This document shows, one piece after another, positions 12,634-25,126 of a stretch of DNA of 64,000 nucleotides; positions within the stretch are counted from its first letter, which is position 1, and each line of letters starts with the position of its first letter. Position numbers and translations under genes: made by a program. The notes under the pieces were generated by a model that worked only from the letters and a program-made list of their open reading frames with translations, did not search any database and was not told the origin of the DNA. Source of the stretch: Convolutriloba macropyga (taxonomy: Eukaryota); contig NC_134473.1 of the NCBI RefSeq assembly GCF_964194025.1, positions 70,556,001 to 70,620,000 of the forward strand. Direction: 5' to 3'.

Positions 12634-15527
12634 AGCGCAATTCGATTCTCACGAAACCTCATAATGACACCAGTTAAATTGCTGAGCAAATCTGGCCCTT
12701 TCAGTAAATTAGAGTTGAGGGACTGAACCTGGAAAATGCTGGAGGCATTTGCAACTCTACGAACCTTACCAGGTTTATTTTCATTGGTCACTGGGTGATG
12801 AGGCAAAAAGGAGACATTATCTGTTAGAGATTCGGAATCATGAACTTTAACAACGTATCCTTTTTCCAAGTCTGCGTCCAGAGTAGCCTGGTACTTTTCC
12901 TTTAGTATCGGACTTTTTGAAAGCTTTTGATCTAATTGGTCAAGTTGTTTTAATGCTAACCATTTGTTGTTCGGAAGAAATGCAGCTTGCTTCCAGAGGA
13001 GACCTATTTGATAATGACCGTCAACAATTTTGGTCGTGGACTCTAAAATTTCAATCGCTCTTTTATCGTTTTCCGACAAAGCTTTTCGGGGCGATGCAAT
13101 GCCCAAATTTTCCTCTTTCATCCAGTCTTGGACTAATTTGAAAAGAGAGTCGTCCATATTAGGGCAGTTTTGCACCTGAGTATACTGTACTTGTGTAGAC
13201 TCATTGAGAACTAAATTCGTTTTACCGGCGCACGTCCAGCCTAATGGAGTTTCAACTCCCCATGGGGCGTTTTTTGGACCTTTTATAATTTGTTTATAGT
13301 TAATCAAGTCTAAGTTGTCAATGCCTATGATAATTGAGACATTGTTCCGTTCAAATTCAGGAAAATTTATATGACTGAGATGATCATAATTTTGGCACAA
13401 AGCGTTTAGTTGAGCTACATTCACTGCAGACATGTTCAAATCCGGTACTGCCATAACATCATTAAGCCTGACAGGCTCGATAGAGCTATCTATTGGCTTT
13501 ATGTCAAAGCAAACTTTTGAGCAATCAACTTCCTTAGTCGTGTGATAACCGCTTATAGGCATTTTACCTGTCTTTTCGAGGTTAAGACCAAGTTCTTTTG
13601 CTGTTGATTTCAGAAGTAGACTTTGGCAGCTACCGTTGTCTAGGTATGCGTATGTTTTCACAGACTGGTTTCCATTTATCAGTTGAACTGCCACAAAAGC
13701 TACCTGGCCTGTGCCAACAAATTGCACTGGTTTAACGTTTGAGTTGCTTTTGTTCATAAAACTATCGTGCAGAAGTGTGTTATGTCTTTTGCCGCAGCCT
13801 TTTGAGCGGCAGACATTTTTTGAATTGCATTGATCTACATGATGATGTCCAAAACAATTGAAACAAAGCTTTTGTTTCATTACATGATCTTTCCGTTTCA
13901 GGGGACTCAGTGCTTGGAAATGTATGCATTTGTAGAGGTATTGGCAATTGTCCTTGTTCGGACAACTAACGCTTTCTTTCGTCTTAGACTGAATTTGCCC
14001 TTGTTCCCTGTTACTCAGAAATTGATGCTTTGGGTTCGGATTTTCAATAATTTTAGTAGAGTGCGACGTTTTCCAAGCCATTTTATGAACACCAATGTTT
14101 TGAGAAGATGGGAAATTTGAGTTTGTCGGTAAATCTCGGCATGCTTTCGCATAGTTTAGGAGCCACTCAGCAAGTGCGTTTAAAGATGGCTGTATCATGG
14201 TTTTTTCTTGGAGGTAACGGTTCCATTCGAGTCTGACTGGATTTGGTAATTTTGCTATGTTCATGTTGATTGTAGAGTGAAGATCATGTATAAAACCGAG
14301 TTGTTGAAAGGTGTCGACGAGCGTTAGAAGAAATGAGGAGTACTGTGTATAACTTTCCGGATTTGATAAGTTTGGGTTTCTAAAGTTTGACAATTTGTCA
14401 AGAAAAGCATTGACTATTCTCTTTGAATTGCCAAATTGTTCTTGCAGTCTTGATAGAGCTGCTGCGTATAAATCACCGTTGCAACCGTAGCCATCAACTA
14501 GTGCTTTAGCTTCACCCTTGAGCAGTGATTGCAAATGGATCATTTTTTCAGCTGAAGACATGGGTGACTGGTCGATAGTTGCTTTGAAAATGCTATACCA
14601 TTTTATCCACTTCATTGGATCGCCGTTGAAGGTTTCTGCGTGCAGTTTCGGGACAGATTTTTGGAAGCACACTGACATTGAGCTGGTTGAACACTGGTTT
14701 GCACTTTCCGCGTTTAGAAGTCCTCGATGATCGAAGTTTTTGCTTGATGCGTTGCGATTTGTTTCAGGAAAAATACTCTGAGTGGGCCAATTGAAGGAAT
14801 GTGCGTTAAGCAATGACGATGGAGCGGCGTTAGCATCAAATAGTAAGCTGCTGGGTGCAGAAAAACTAACATTGCTGTTCACAGCGGGCGCTGATGAACT
14901 AACTGCATATTGCTCCTGATTGCTGATATCAAGACCAGGTTGAACTGGGTTAGATAATTGGAAATTAGAGCTCTCCGGCGGACAATTCGGTCTTTTGATG
15001 GCACCAACACTGAGACTGAAGTCCTGTCCAGTATTTATCTGTGACTTCCCCTTGACGTATTTTTTGAAATTATTGATACACTTTTTAACTTCTATCTTAA
15101 GACGACTATGTTCGCGAGAACAATTGCTCTGATCTGATGGATCAATCAGGATTATTAATTGAGACACTACGGTTTCAAGTTTTCGCTGCTTCTCTTTTAT
15201 CTCTTCAACTGTTTCCTGTAGTATGTCAACATCTTCTGATTCATCAATCGAGGAGTTTAGGTAGTCAAGGTGATAATGTATATCGTCCGTTATCATCATT
15301 TTGGAAGATTCGAGCATCTTCTGTTCTTGAAGTGTTTCTGGCTTTTCTTCAGAGAGGCTCTCTGTTGGAGCACTGGAACATTGGTGAAGATTTCCCAAGA
15401 TAGTTGTTTCTCTCTGGTCGCTCTCGGAGTTAGCTGTTGACCGAGTGTCTACCATGACTAAAACGTAGACTGTTTTCTTTACTGTGCTGGAGAAAAGTTT
15501 TTGGTTTTTGGTTAATGCAACTCCCAC
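12618..15527 (-). pseudogene. BEL/Pao gag (DUF1759-like, Cys-His knuckles), aspartic protease and start of RT
   Basis: FNGDPMKWIKW; CFNCFGHHHVDQC and CRSKGCGKRHNTLLH knuckles; AYLDNGS protease; FLPHHPV..KVRRV, LLKGPDLL; ends in a premature stop at ADI*. Confidence 0.92.
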
Positions 15528-15745
15528 CAGATAAGCAAAAACAAATTTAACTTCAAATTACTTACTGCTTGACAATTATCTTGTACAAATGTTTTCAAAG
15601 GGCTACTTACCAGCGCTATCTGGGTCTTTCTACATATACCAGTTACCTACCTGTTAAATGCCTACTTGTTACCTGCTACCTAACTGCTGAAACTTATACA
15701 AATTAAGTCTAATTAAGGATTGTTGATAATCCAACTAACTAACAC

Positions 15746-15955
15746 TTGCTACCTACCTGCAAACTTATACCAAACTTACCTACCTAGAAGCTCCCTAATT
15801 TTACCTACCTAATACCTGCTACCTACCTGCTGCAATTTTTACCTACTTATACCTACCTGCAAACTTATACCAAACTTACCTACCTAGAAGCTCCCGAATT
15901 TTACCTACCTAATACCTGCTACCTAACTGCTGCAACTTGTACCTAATTATACCTA
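15746..15955. repeat. 100-bp tandem duplication in an ACCT-rich tract of the BEL leader
   Basis: 15751-15850 repeated at 15851-15950 with few mismatches. Confidence 0.85.
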
Positions 15956-16124
15956 AGTTCTAATTACCGGTAACTCTGTTGCTGGATACTTGCAATCTGC
16001 CTGTAAGAGCTTTTACCAATAGGTCCACACCTATAAGGGAAATGCAGAAAGGTTGAGATAGTAATCAAGCTGGGTAGTAGACGAAAAGCAAAGTTAGCGT
16101 GAGTGGTATGGAAGAAAAGAGACC

Positions 16125-16927
16125 GGGGAGTTTGGGGCGGATAAAACCCCAAAACTGGAAAGCAAAGAAAGAGCGTGGGGTTGGGAAGGCAACCAACCTG
16201 TGGGGTTTGGGGTGGGTAAAAACCCCAAAAACCGAAAGCAAAGAAAGCGCGGGGGGTTGGGAAGGCAACCAACCTGGGGGGATTTGGGGCGGGTAAAACC
16301 CCAAAAACCGAAAGCAAAGAAAGCGCGGGGGGTTGGGAAGGCAACCAACCGGGGGGGATTTGGGGCGGGTAAAACCCCAAAACCGAAAGCAAAGAAAGCG
16401 CGGGGGTTTGGGGAGGCAACCAACCTGGGGGATTTGGGGCGGGTAAAACCCCAAAAACCGAAAGCAAAGAAAGCGCGGGGGGTTGGGAAGGCAACCAACC
16501 TGGGGGGATTTGGGGCGGGTAAAACCCCAAAAACCGAAAGCAAAGAAAGCGCGGGGGGTTGGGGAGGCAACCAACCTGGGGGGATTTGGGGCGGGTAAAA
16601 CCCCAAAAACCGAAAGCAAAGAAAGCGCGGGGGGGGGGGGGTTGGGAAGGCAACCAACCTGGGGGGATTTGGGGCGGGTAAAACCCCAAAAACCGAAAGC
16701 AAAGAAAGCGCGGGGGGGGGGGGGTTGGTAAGGCAACCAACCTGGGGGATTTGGGGCGGGTAAAGCCCCAAAAACCGAAAGCAAAGAAAGCGCGGGGGTT
16801 GGTAAGGCAACCAACCTGGGGGGATTTGGGGCGGGTAAAACCCCAAAAACCGAAAGCAAAGAAAGCGCGGGGGGTTGGGAAGGCAACCAACCTGGGGGGA
16901 TTTGGGGCGGGTAACACCCCAAAAACC
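16125..16927. repeat. G-rich ~76-bp minisatellite (~10.5 copies) in the BEL 5' leader
   Basis: Units at ~16129, 16205, 16281, 16357, 16431, 16507, 16583, 16666, 16748, 16823 and 16899; length variation lies mainly in the G-runs. Confidence 0.95.
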
Positions 16928-17201
16928 AAGAACAGAGCGCGCGAGTAAATAATAAGATAAATTTTTAAAGACTGTCTTTTGGTCTTTTGAATCTGCTTTC
17001 AGTCTGTTGTGATGTTTTGCGAACCCTCTTGCTGTTACATTTGGACTGTTTTTGTAAAATTTCTAGATCTTTGGATACTGAAACATCAAAAAAAACTCAT
17101 GGTGCAGATCAATTGTTTCCCATTTCAATCAATTTTTTAGAGCAATACTTAGCTTTTTCAGGGGTTGAATTCGTTGCCTGATGTGGTTGGGCGTCAAAAT
17201 A

Positions 17202-17402
17202 TGTTATCAAAACATCTTAATTTGGGTGGGGGTTATCGTTCGAAAGTGCTATTAAAAAATTTTGTTTGTTATTTTGATTTAGATTAAATAAATTAGTTTC
17301 CTTTGATTGCGAGTGTTTTGCATGATTGTATTTTGTGTTGTGAGGCTCTTGTCGAAAGTCACTTCCGTTCGTTTTCGACAAAAAGAAGTCATGTCAGTGA
17401 CA
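17202..17402 (-). repeat. BEL/Pao 5' LTR
   Basis: Direct repeat of 9309-9502 with a few substitutions and short indels; followed on the minus strand by the PBS at 17186-17196. Confidence 0.93.
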
Positions 17403-19799
17403 ACCCTCAACCAAAGAATCCTAATTTTCTTAGCTTTGTTTGTCATAGAACAGATATTTTGTTAATCGAAGTTCTTTACTGTATGTTTATTTTCGCAATT
17501 CTAACAACCGATGATTTGGGTGTTAAACTTACATTGCATGTTCTTGTTGGAAAAATTGTGAAAAAAATTAATTTGAAAATTTTTCACTCTCGGTATTCTT
17601 TCCTCTCCAAAATTTGGTACATCTGAAACAGAAGAGGTTGATACTTCACATGCAAAAAAGCATATTATCGATTGCATGTTTTGAAAGTATATTTCAATTT
17701 TACAAAAATCTGTTGGCAAAGTGTTCACAATTCTGTATTTCACTACATTGAATCAATAATTAAGTCGTTGAAATCATATGTATATATAATATTAGTTCTA
17801 CATAGCCTGCTAGCCAAGAAAAATAGGGAGATTGCTTTGTTCTCATTTTCGAACAGAATTCGAAAAGGAGAAGAGGTTTTAATTTGAAATGATTTTGAGT
17901 AGCTTACTCGAATTAGTTTACCAGCGTCGAATATTAAAACCTTGAGACCATTTCTATTTAACAACGGGTAAATGTGAGCTAATTGTTTATTAGTTTCTTT
18001 TTTTATAATAGGTATAGCTTTTTTTCTCTAGCTTCCTCAAATTGCTTTGATTTTGTTTTTGTCTCATGTATTTTGCTTTGATATTGAGTTTTTGTACCTT
18101 GTTTTTATAAGTTGATCATTGTGCTAACGACCTATGAACTACTTGAATAAATCAGAATGTAGAATGAAAACCAAAGGCCGTGAAAGAAGGGAATGGAAAA
18201 GGAAAAGTGACAGTGTAACCTTTATTATGAAACATTGAGCTCTACCAGCCATTGAGATCAGCTTTTGTTTAAAAGTTGATTGAATACATTTTCACAAATT
18301 TTGAAACTTTTTCAATATATTCACTCAAACAAACAATTGCACAAAGTTTCAAAAGCAGTGAATATTGTAAACGCTAACATTATTTTTTTTAAATTCCGCG
18401 TCTTCGCTCGCAAAAATTTATCGGGAGAAACTTGCAATTTTATTGAAATAATATTTGTCTGACCTCACTAAAACTGAAATTTTCGAGCTTGCCTTCGTGA
18501 TTTTAGCGTGTTAAATTGCCCTCATTCAGAATCTAAAACCTTTTACCTTAGTTGGTGACAGTTACAACTAGATGGAACGGGTGCCAAAATTGATTTTTTT
18601 TTTCAATATAAATTGTGTTGTTAAATTAGCTCTAAACGAAGAGAATCCACCAAGTTGTGCAATTTTTAATTGATCCCTACCCGCCGGGCGTTTGAGTCGG
18701 TTATGTTAATAGATTCCAAAAATAGTCAACGAAAGAGCGATAGTTTCCAAATTCGCGAGTTTCGTAAAAAATATATTGTTTTTGTCAGACGGTTCTCTGA
18801 AGTTATAGTTCTGCAAATTGTTACAGTGGTTTATTTGACACTTTAATGGGACACTACGTCAAAAATATAATGCTTCAAAGCATTATTGCAAAACTCGGCT
18901 AAACTTCAAACATATCATTTCAAACATTGAAAATTGACTGGATTGAAAATTATTGGTAATTGCAAAATAATTTAAGAGAATAGCAACTCAGGTAGTTCTG
19001 ATGGCGGTGGTGTCCATGAGTTTTTTTGCAAAAAGATGGTAAAAGAAACTCCTTGTAAGTTTGACGTTAAGGTTTGCTTGAGAAAATTTCAACTCGAATG
19101 TTTGAAAAATCGATTGAAATGATCATTTAAATTTGCAAATGTTGATAAATTTGTAATAACGTCAGAGTGGCGTCTAATAAGTGCGCACGTTTGTTCAGAA
19201 CTTCAAACTAATTAAACGAAAGAAATAGATCGTTTAACATAAAATAGCTGTTAATTACAGCTGGGTTATATATTGTGAAGTTACGGTTGAATTCGGAGTT
19301 AATGCTCATTTTGTCGTTTGTGTACCTTGTCGAAGATCTCCTGATTGTGGAGATCTCCTCATGTCGTCATCATGCTGTGGTTGCTCGAAAAAATTGCAAA
19401 ACGTTTTTGAGACTTATTCTTGAGTATTTGTTTTATTAATTGCTCTTGAACGAAGTTCATAGCAATTATTGCAAACGTGTGTGTCTTTTTTATGCAAAAT
19501 TTTCGCTTGACAATTTTGACCTTTCGAGTGACTTTTACGCCCTTGACTTTTTGTGTTTCGCGTGATCTAAAATTCGCTCTCAATCACAATTTCAAGCAGC
19601 TGAATTCAATTGGCGGCAATTTAATACTAAATGTCAAATGAAAAGTGCGCCGAAACTGGTGCCATTTTTTACTTTAAATCTTATTAGTTGTATATGTTAA
19701 CCTCTAATGTGGTTATTTGAAGCCCACTATTGAACTTCTTAGTCCCATTTAGGCTCCCCCCCCCCGACTGAAGCAGGCTGCAATTGATTAGAGCTCCCA

Positions 19800-19848
19800 C
19801 TAGTCGTTCGAAAGCAATTCTTCCGACGTTAAGTCGGTTATGTTTTGA
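19800..19848 (+). repeat. Short interspersed repeat 3' tail
   Basis: GTCGTTCGAAAGCAATTCTTCCGACGTTAAGTCGGTTATGTTT matches the copy at 160-205. Confidence 0.55.
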
Positions 19849-22734
19849 ATTAGGTGCGATAGCTAAGTGGAGATTTTAAGAACCTTCTATCGGCTTTTAA
19901 CTTTCGACGTCTGCCTCTTTGTTACGAGCTGTGGCGTCACGATAACTTCGGGTGTTGTTTATTCTCATACAATTGGTTGAATGAATTGCGTGTATGATGT
20001 AATTCGTCACGGATATTGGAGCCAGTGTTTTGTTCACTGGCGTTAATATTTACCTATTATTTTTTATTCGATATTAGCACGTAAGTTTTTGCCATAGAAT
20101 GAAGTTTGAATCAATTATTATAGTAATGTGAGTGTTTTATTGCGAAAGTTTTGCTTGAACGTTTTCAACTTTTTCTTTAGAATTTGATGGCTTGAGTGAT
20201 GTAGTTAACTTCCCGTCCTAAAAATTGTTCACCCAGGATGAGTAAGCGGAACTTCAAGGCGTGGAGGGAACTTTTAAACCAGACGAGCCAATAACGCGCC
20301 TATTGATCGAGTGTTGTCGGTTATAGTTGATTTGTTTTTAAAAATGTGAAGCAACATCATGTCAAAGTTTGGCACTGCCTAAGCTTTATTACTGAATATC
20401 TAACATCATTTAAATCTATATTCTTAGAAAAGCAAAGTCTTAACAAAAAAGAGGAAACTATTCGCTAGTGAGACAGGAGGAGATTAATTCAAGTTTATCT
20501 TCCATTGCGCACTACTTTGATGCGGACAAACTTTTCACTAACCAAAATCTTCTTTTTGTAGCATCATTGCGAAGTGTTGGCAAGTATGAATTGCATCTTT
20601 CCAGATTTTTGAATGCCCTAGAGTTTCATTAATACTCTATGGATCGGATCCGTATTTCTTTTTACAGAATTTTTAAAGGGACAAGGAGGCTCGGTAATGT
20701 GCGTACGCACATAAAGTTCCGACCCCGCTCATCCACGTTCTTGACTTAATTGGCTACCAAATGACGAAGAGATAGAAAACTTTACATAGAAAACATACAT
20801 ATCGTTCCATAAACAACCAATGGAATCCAATAATGATTGCCACCCTATAGGGCCGATCAACGTTGTATATATTGTGACTACTAGAAAGGACAATAATAAA
20901 TATCAAACAGCAAACATTGTTGACGACCAAAACTCGACTTCTATAATAAATAAAATCATGAAATCAAACTCTCATGAGATAAAATCTAAACGGAACAATT
21001 TAACCTGTACATCATTAGAAAAAATATGAAACCTGTCCTCAATGCGACTGGTTAAAAGGTCGACAAAAAAAAGAGCAAAGAAGTGCGAACTTCAAAAAGA
21101 CGTTTGTATTTTTGAAAAGAATTAATTTCACTGATATCCCCAAAAATGTTCATTTATATCTCCATAGAAAGCAATTTAGACATGTCATTATCCAATGTTT
21201 AACTCCGCAAAATTTCAAAGCCAATGGGACCTACGATTATTGTTATAAATTAAAAAGAAAACAAAAATCCGATGAAATGTACAAATACAAAAAAAAATCT
21301 CAATTATTTTGTGAAATCTCGTAGTAACAGCAGTAACAAAGCCGAAAAACAAATGTTCAAAGCTAGAACCGTTACAGAGATTAAACCATAGTTCACTGGA
21401 AACGGTTTGTGACCTGTGTTTACAGAGACTGAGCTAAACAATCAACCGAAAAATTAACTGAAAATGACGAAGCTCAAAAACCCAATTATGTCTTTGAAAA
21501 CAATTTTTTTCAAAAGTCATAACAGACTTCAAGAAGATTTCAAAAAACAGCGATGGATTAATTTGCAATACCTCAGGAAGCCAGTTGGGCCCGCTAATAA
21601 TGAGACTAAGTCATGACCCCTCAAAATAACAACAAATATATAAAGAAGCCAAATCTTCAAACAATTTTACGAGATCACACTGTTCAAGGCACTATAATTA
21701 TGATATTCTACCTGCAAGAACAGTATTTTGTCATTTTTCCTCATTTTGACATCAAAGAGTCTTCCTTCTAAAAGGTTTATGTAGACATGACAACAAAAAG
21801 ATACCCAGAAATTTAACAGTATAGAAATCCCGAAAATTTTTTATGAAATTAATGGTCGAAGCATTCAGTCACAACGGAAAGCCAAGCTCGAAACAAATTA
21901 AAAATGCTTGAATCAACAAAAGTAATGAGTCTTCTAATTAGTGAGGTTGAGTCACATGGTTACAAAAACTAAAGCAAAAAAGATACAGTTGAAAAAAAAT
22001 TCTTTATCTAAATTTGAAAGTCATTAAAACAAACAGCTCTGAAATGAATTCTTTATCTAGGTTCAGTTATACGTCTTGGTGCAAGGTATATGGCATATAA
22101 CAGCAAAAAGAAAGACAACATAGGCAAAAACAAAAAATCCATAAAAATTAGAGATACCTTTGTCTCAGTTCAAAAAGCATAAACTATATAACAAAAACAT
22201 TTAAATTTTCAGATACGCGTTTTTTCATCGTTGTGCATTTTCCCTACTATGCTTTCCTTCAATTGCACTTGTAAATAACGCGCTAATACAACAAGGAAAC
22301 AAACAGAATTCAAAAAATATGCAGTTATGCTCAAGAGACCATTAGTTGGACATGAAGCCGTTAGACATTAATTTATAACCCACAGAAAACTGATTTTTCC
22401 TGTTTTTACTGAGACTGCGTCCGAAGTTGAGAAAAGTAAGATAAAATAGTGACAAAGTTCAAAAATCAACGGATGATTTTAAAATAAAATAAATATGTTC
22501 AAAGTCATAACAGATAATAGATAGCAACTGAAAGAAGTGTCAAGGTTCATTTTTACCTCCTGAAAAAAATTGGATCTTTGACGGGGCACAATGAATTTTT
22601 GGACTTAAAGATTGGGCAAAAAAGATAACAAATGAAAGCAGAATTCAAAAGTACATAAAATTTTTTTTACGAAAAGAATTGGTCAAAGCCATAGAAACCA
22701 CGCGCTAAACTCTGAAACCGTAATATAATCTCGC

Positions 22735-22825
22735 TTAGATATTAAGAAACGGACTTGTCAACTATTCCGAGTTTTAGTTTACTCGGAAGAGTTGATAAAG
22801 TCCGTTTTATTATCTTAATATCTAA
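22735..22825. repeat. ~90-bp imperfect palindrome (fold-back)
   Basis: TTAGATATTAAGA-AACGGACTT-GTCAACT-ATTCCGAGT ... ACTCGGAA-GAGTTGA-TAAAGTCCGTT..TCTTAATATCTAA. Confidence 0.85.
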
Positions 22826-23998
22826 AATTTCCTTTTACGTTTGTTTGTCGCCACTCTAAACTCGAATCTCGTTTTAGCCTATAGACCTGGAGACTGCCTG
22901 TAATAAAATCAATTTCAGTTTTTGTACTTCTCCACGTCGGCATAGTAGTGGATCAGTGGCTGAATGTATATTAATGGCAGGTTTATGAAAGCGCAAGAGC
23001 ACTAGAATCAGGTCTTGTTTGGTTCATTAGCGGACACGAATTGATTTTACTTTTGTACAAATCTGTTTATGTGCCAATCAAATGGTGTGCCTCGATCGTA
23101 CCTTTTCTTTGATAAGTTGTAGGTAACAAGCAAGTGCTCGGCTAATTATTGTTCCATTATTTCTACTAATATTATTGAAACAGAGATAAAGAACGATAAA
23201 TTAGTCATCCACAGTATGGTAACGGATATGAAGATAAAGATATTTAAAGATAACAGCTTGAAAGAATGGCAGGCCGGCTCTGAAGTGTCATTGGGGTTGA
23301 AACGTCATCTTACGGGTCAAGATTTATATATTTTGATGCTTTTGTATTTAGGGATGTCAAATAGTGTTATTTAGGTATAAACGGTCAAGCTAGATTGCAT
23401 AATTTAAATCGAGTTAGTAATTTGACTGTCATCGGCAAGACTGCTATTATTTAGTGATCAATTTAGCAATCACGCTGTTTTTGTTTTTTATTAGTTCTGT
23501 CAATAATTTTATTGATTTGATATGAATAGTTCGATTTTTGCAAAACTACATGTAATGCTGAGTTAGACTTGCGTGCTCACCGAATCAAGGATTGGAGTTT
23601 TTCAGTGGCCCACCAGCTATAGCTTTAATTTCTCTGGAACATTTTGTCTGGAGGAAATTCACCCCTCCGGCAAATTTTGGACAATATAATTGTTTCGACC
23701 CCTCTTCATACATTTGCTAGTCTTTCTGCTTGGTAAATTAATTTCTCTTGTTCTTTCATAGATTCACTGGCCAGTTGTAGAGCTATTTATTCAAAAAATG
23801 CTTTTAGTCGCGCTTTCACAGCCGATAAGCCTTCATTTTCAAAGGCGATTAACCTTCAAGGGCTCGACTATCCCGAAGGCTCAGTGTACCGCTCGCTCGG
23901 TTTTTTGCTCTTGAAACCTTTTCCAGTAATTATTTATCAATTTATTAGTGAATAGGTAGCAGAAACGAACTTATTGTTGTTATTATTATAGAATTGTG

Positions 23999-24152
23999 GG
24001 ATCTCCCCCAGCTTAGAGGATGCATATTATTTGCACCCCCCAGACGCACGTGCAATATTTTTGCATAATTATTTACCATGTAGTGACACGTGCTCTCTAA
24101 CTGGGGGGCGCATAATGTACTGGGGGGGGGGGGACACAAACGGAAAAGATCC
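23999..24152 (-). mobile_element. MITE copy 4, ~80 bp upstream of the nucleotidase ATG
   Basis: Reverse-orientation copy with one TIR partly deleted; perfect 8-bp TSD GAATTGTG. Confidence 0.88.
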
Positions 24153-24232
24153 GAATTGTGCAATAATATTTTGGTCGTTGTCATAGACTTTAATGTCATC
24201 TTTCAGGTGTTGAATGTTTCTTGAATTCAAGT

Positions 24233-24485
24233 ATGTCCACTGCCAAAAAGAAGATAGTGCTAGTTGATATGGACGGGGTGATAGCCAATTTTGAGTTGGG
24301 CTATGAACGGGCAATCACAAAGATGTTTCCATCCATGAAACTTATTCCGAGAGAGGAGAGAAACGTGTTTTACAATGATGTACAGTATGCACACATCTAT
24401 CCTCAGCATGAGGATGCATTCCACAGAATTGCATTGAAGCCCGGCTTTTTCAGACATTTGCCTGTAATGGAGGGCGCTAAAGCAG
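24233..24485 (+). CDS. 5'(3')-deoxyribonucleotidase (NT5C/NT5M-like, HAD family), exon 1
   Basis: IVLVDMDGVIANF (HAD motif I), PGFFRHLPVMEGA; phase-1 donor GCA G|gtcagt at 24486. Confidence 0.9.
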
Positions 24486-24941
24486 GTCAGTTTCCTTGCT
24501 CTAGTAAAAATAGGCGATATTTTAAGAGATAAAAATTTGAAAACTTCTCATTGTTGGTTTTAAATTTGGTATCAGTTTGTTGACTTACATTGATTTAAGA
24601 ACCAGAATTTTTTGCGTAAATTTTAACAGACTTTCGATATAAACTATGATTTTTAATTGTGAAGTTAATTCGACTAAATAACATAGCAAATTCTAAAAGT
24701 GACAATGCGTTTAAAAACAAAGGCGTTATTTTTTGATGAAACTTTAAGGAAACTCAATGTTCTCAATATTGTGTTGTATAGCCGGAAGAATGTCTGCTGT
24801 TTTAGGTGGTATATTTTGTTTATATTGGAATTTAATGGATGGTAGTACTGTACCGCCCCAAATATTTATGAAAAACTAATTTGCCTGCGATCTGCGCGTT
24901 TCGTTGCTTCGTCTTAACAGTAATCACCCATTTCGTTTTTG

Positions 24942-25112
24942 GGATCTTTTCCGTTTGTGCCCCCCAGTACGTTATGCGCCCCCCAGTAACAGAGCACGTG
25001 CCATTACATAGTAAATCATTATGTAAAAATGTGGCACGTGCGTCTGGGGGGTGCAAATAATATGCGCCCACTATGCGGGGGGGGGGGGGGGGGGCACAAA
25101 CGGAAAAGATCC
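24942..25112 (+). mobile_element. MITE copy 5, at the 3' end of the nucleotidase intron
   Basis: Full TIRs; flanks CGTTTTTG/CGTTTTCG (7/8 TSD). Confidence 0.88.
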
Positions 25113-25126
25113 CGTTTTCGTTTCAG

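Larger units (their letters stand above)
9309..17402 (-). mobile_element. Full-length BEL/Pao LTR retrotransposon (disabled)
   Basis: TG..CA LTRs at 9309-9502 and 17202-17402; 5-bp TSD ACCCT; PPT GGGGCCGAGGA next to the 3' LTR; Lys-type PBS TGACGCCCAAC; gag-PR-RT-RH-IN domain order. Confidence 0.96.

Noticed and set aside
9895-15527. Programmed frameshifting in an active BEL element
   Set aside because: BEL elements normally have one gag-pol ORF; the breaks fall inside RT (stop at ADI*, indels near 12600 and 12120) and the LTRs have diverged, so this is decay
16125-16927. CRISPR-like array with hairpin repeats
   Set aside because: No unique spacers, no cas genes, eukaryotic context
15964-16948. 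Long ORFs in several frames over the G-rich repeat
   Set aside because: By-product of a stop-poor 76-bp minisatellite; unit length is not a multiple of 3
25051-25126. N-terminal extension MQIICAHYAGGGGG of the nucleotidase ORF
   Set aside because: MITE and intron sequence upstream of the real acceptor
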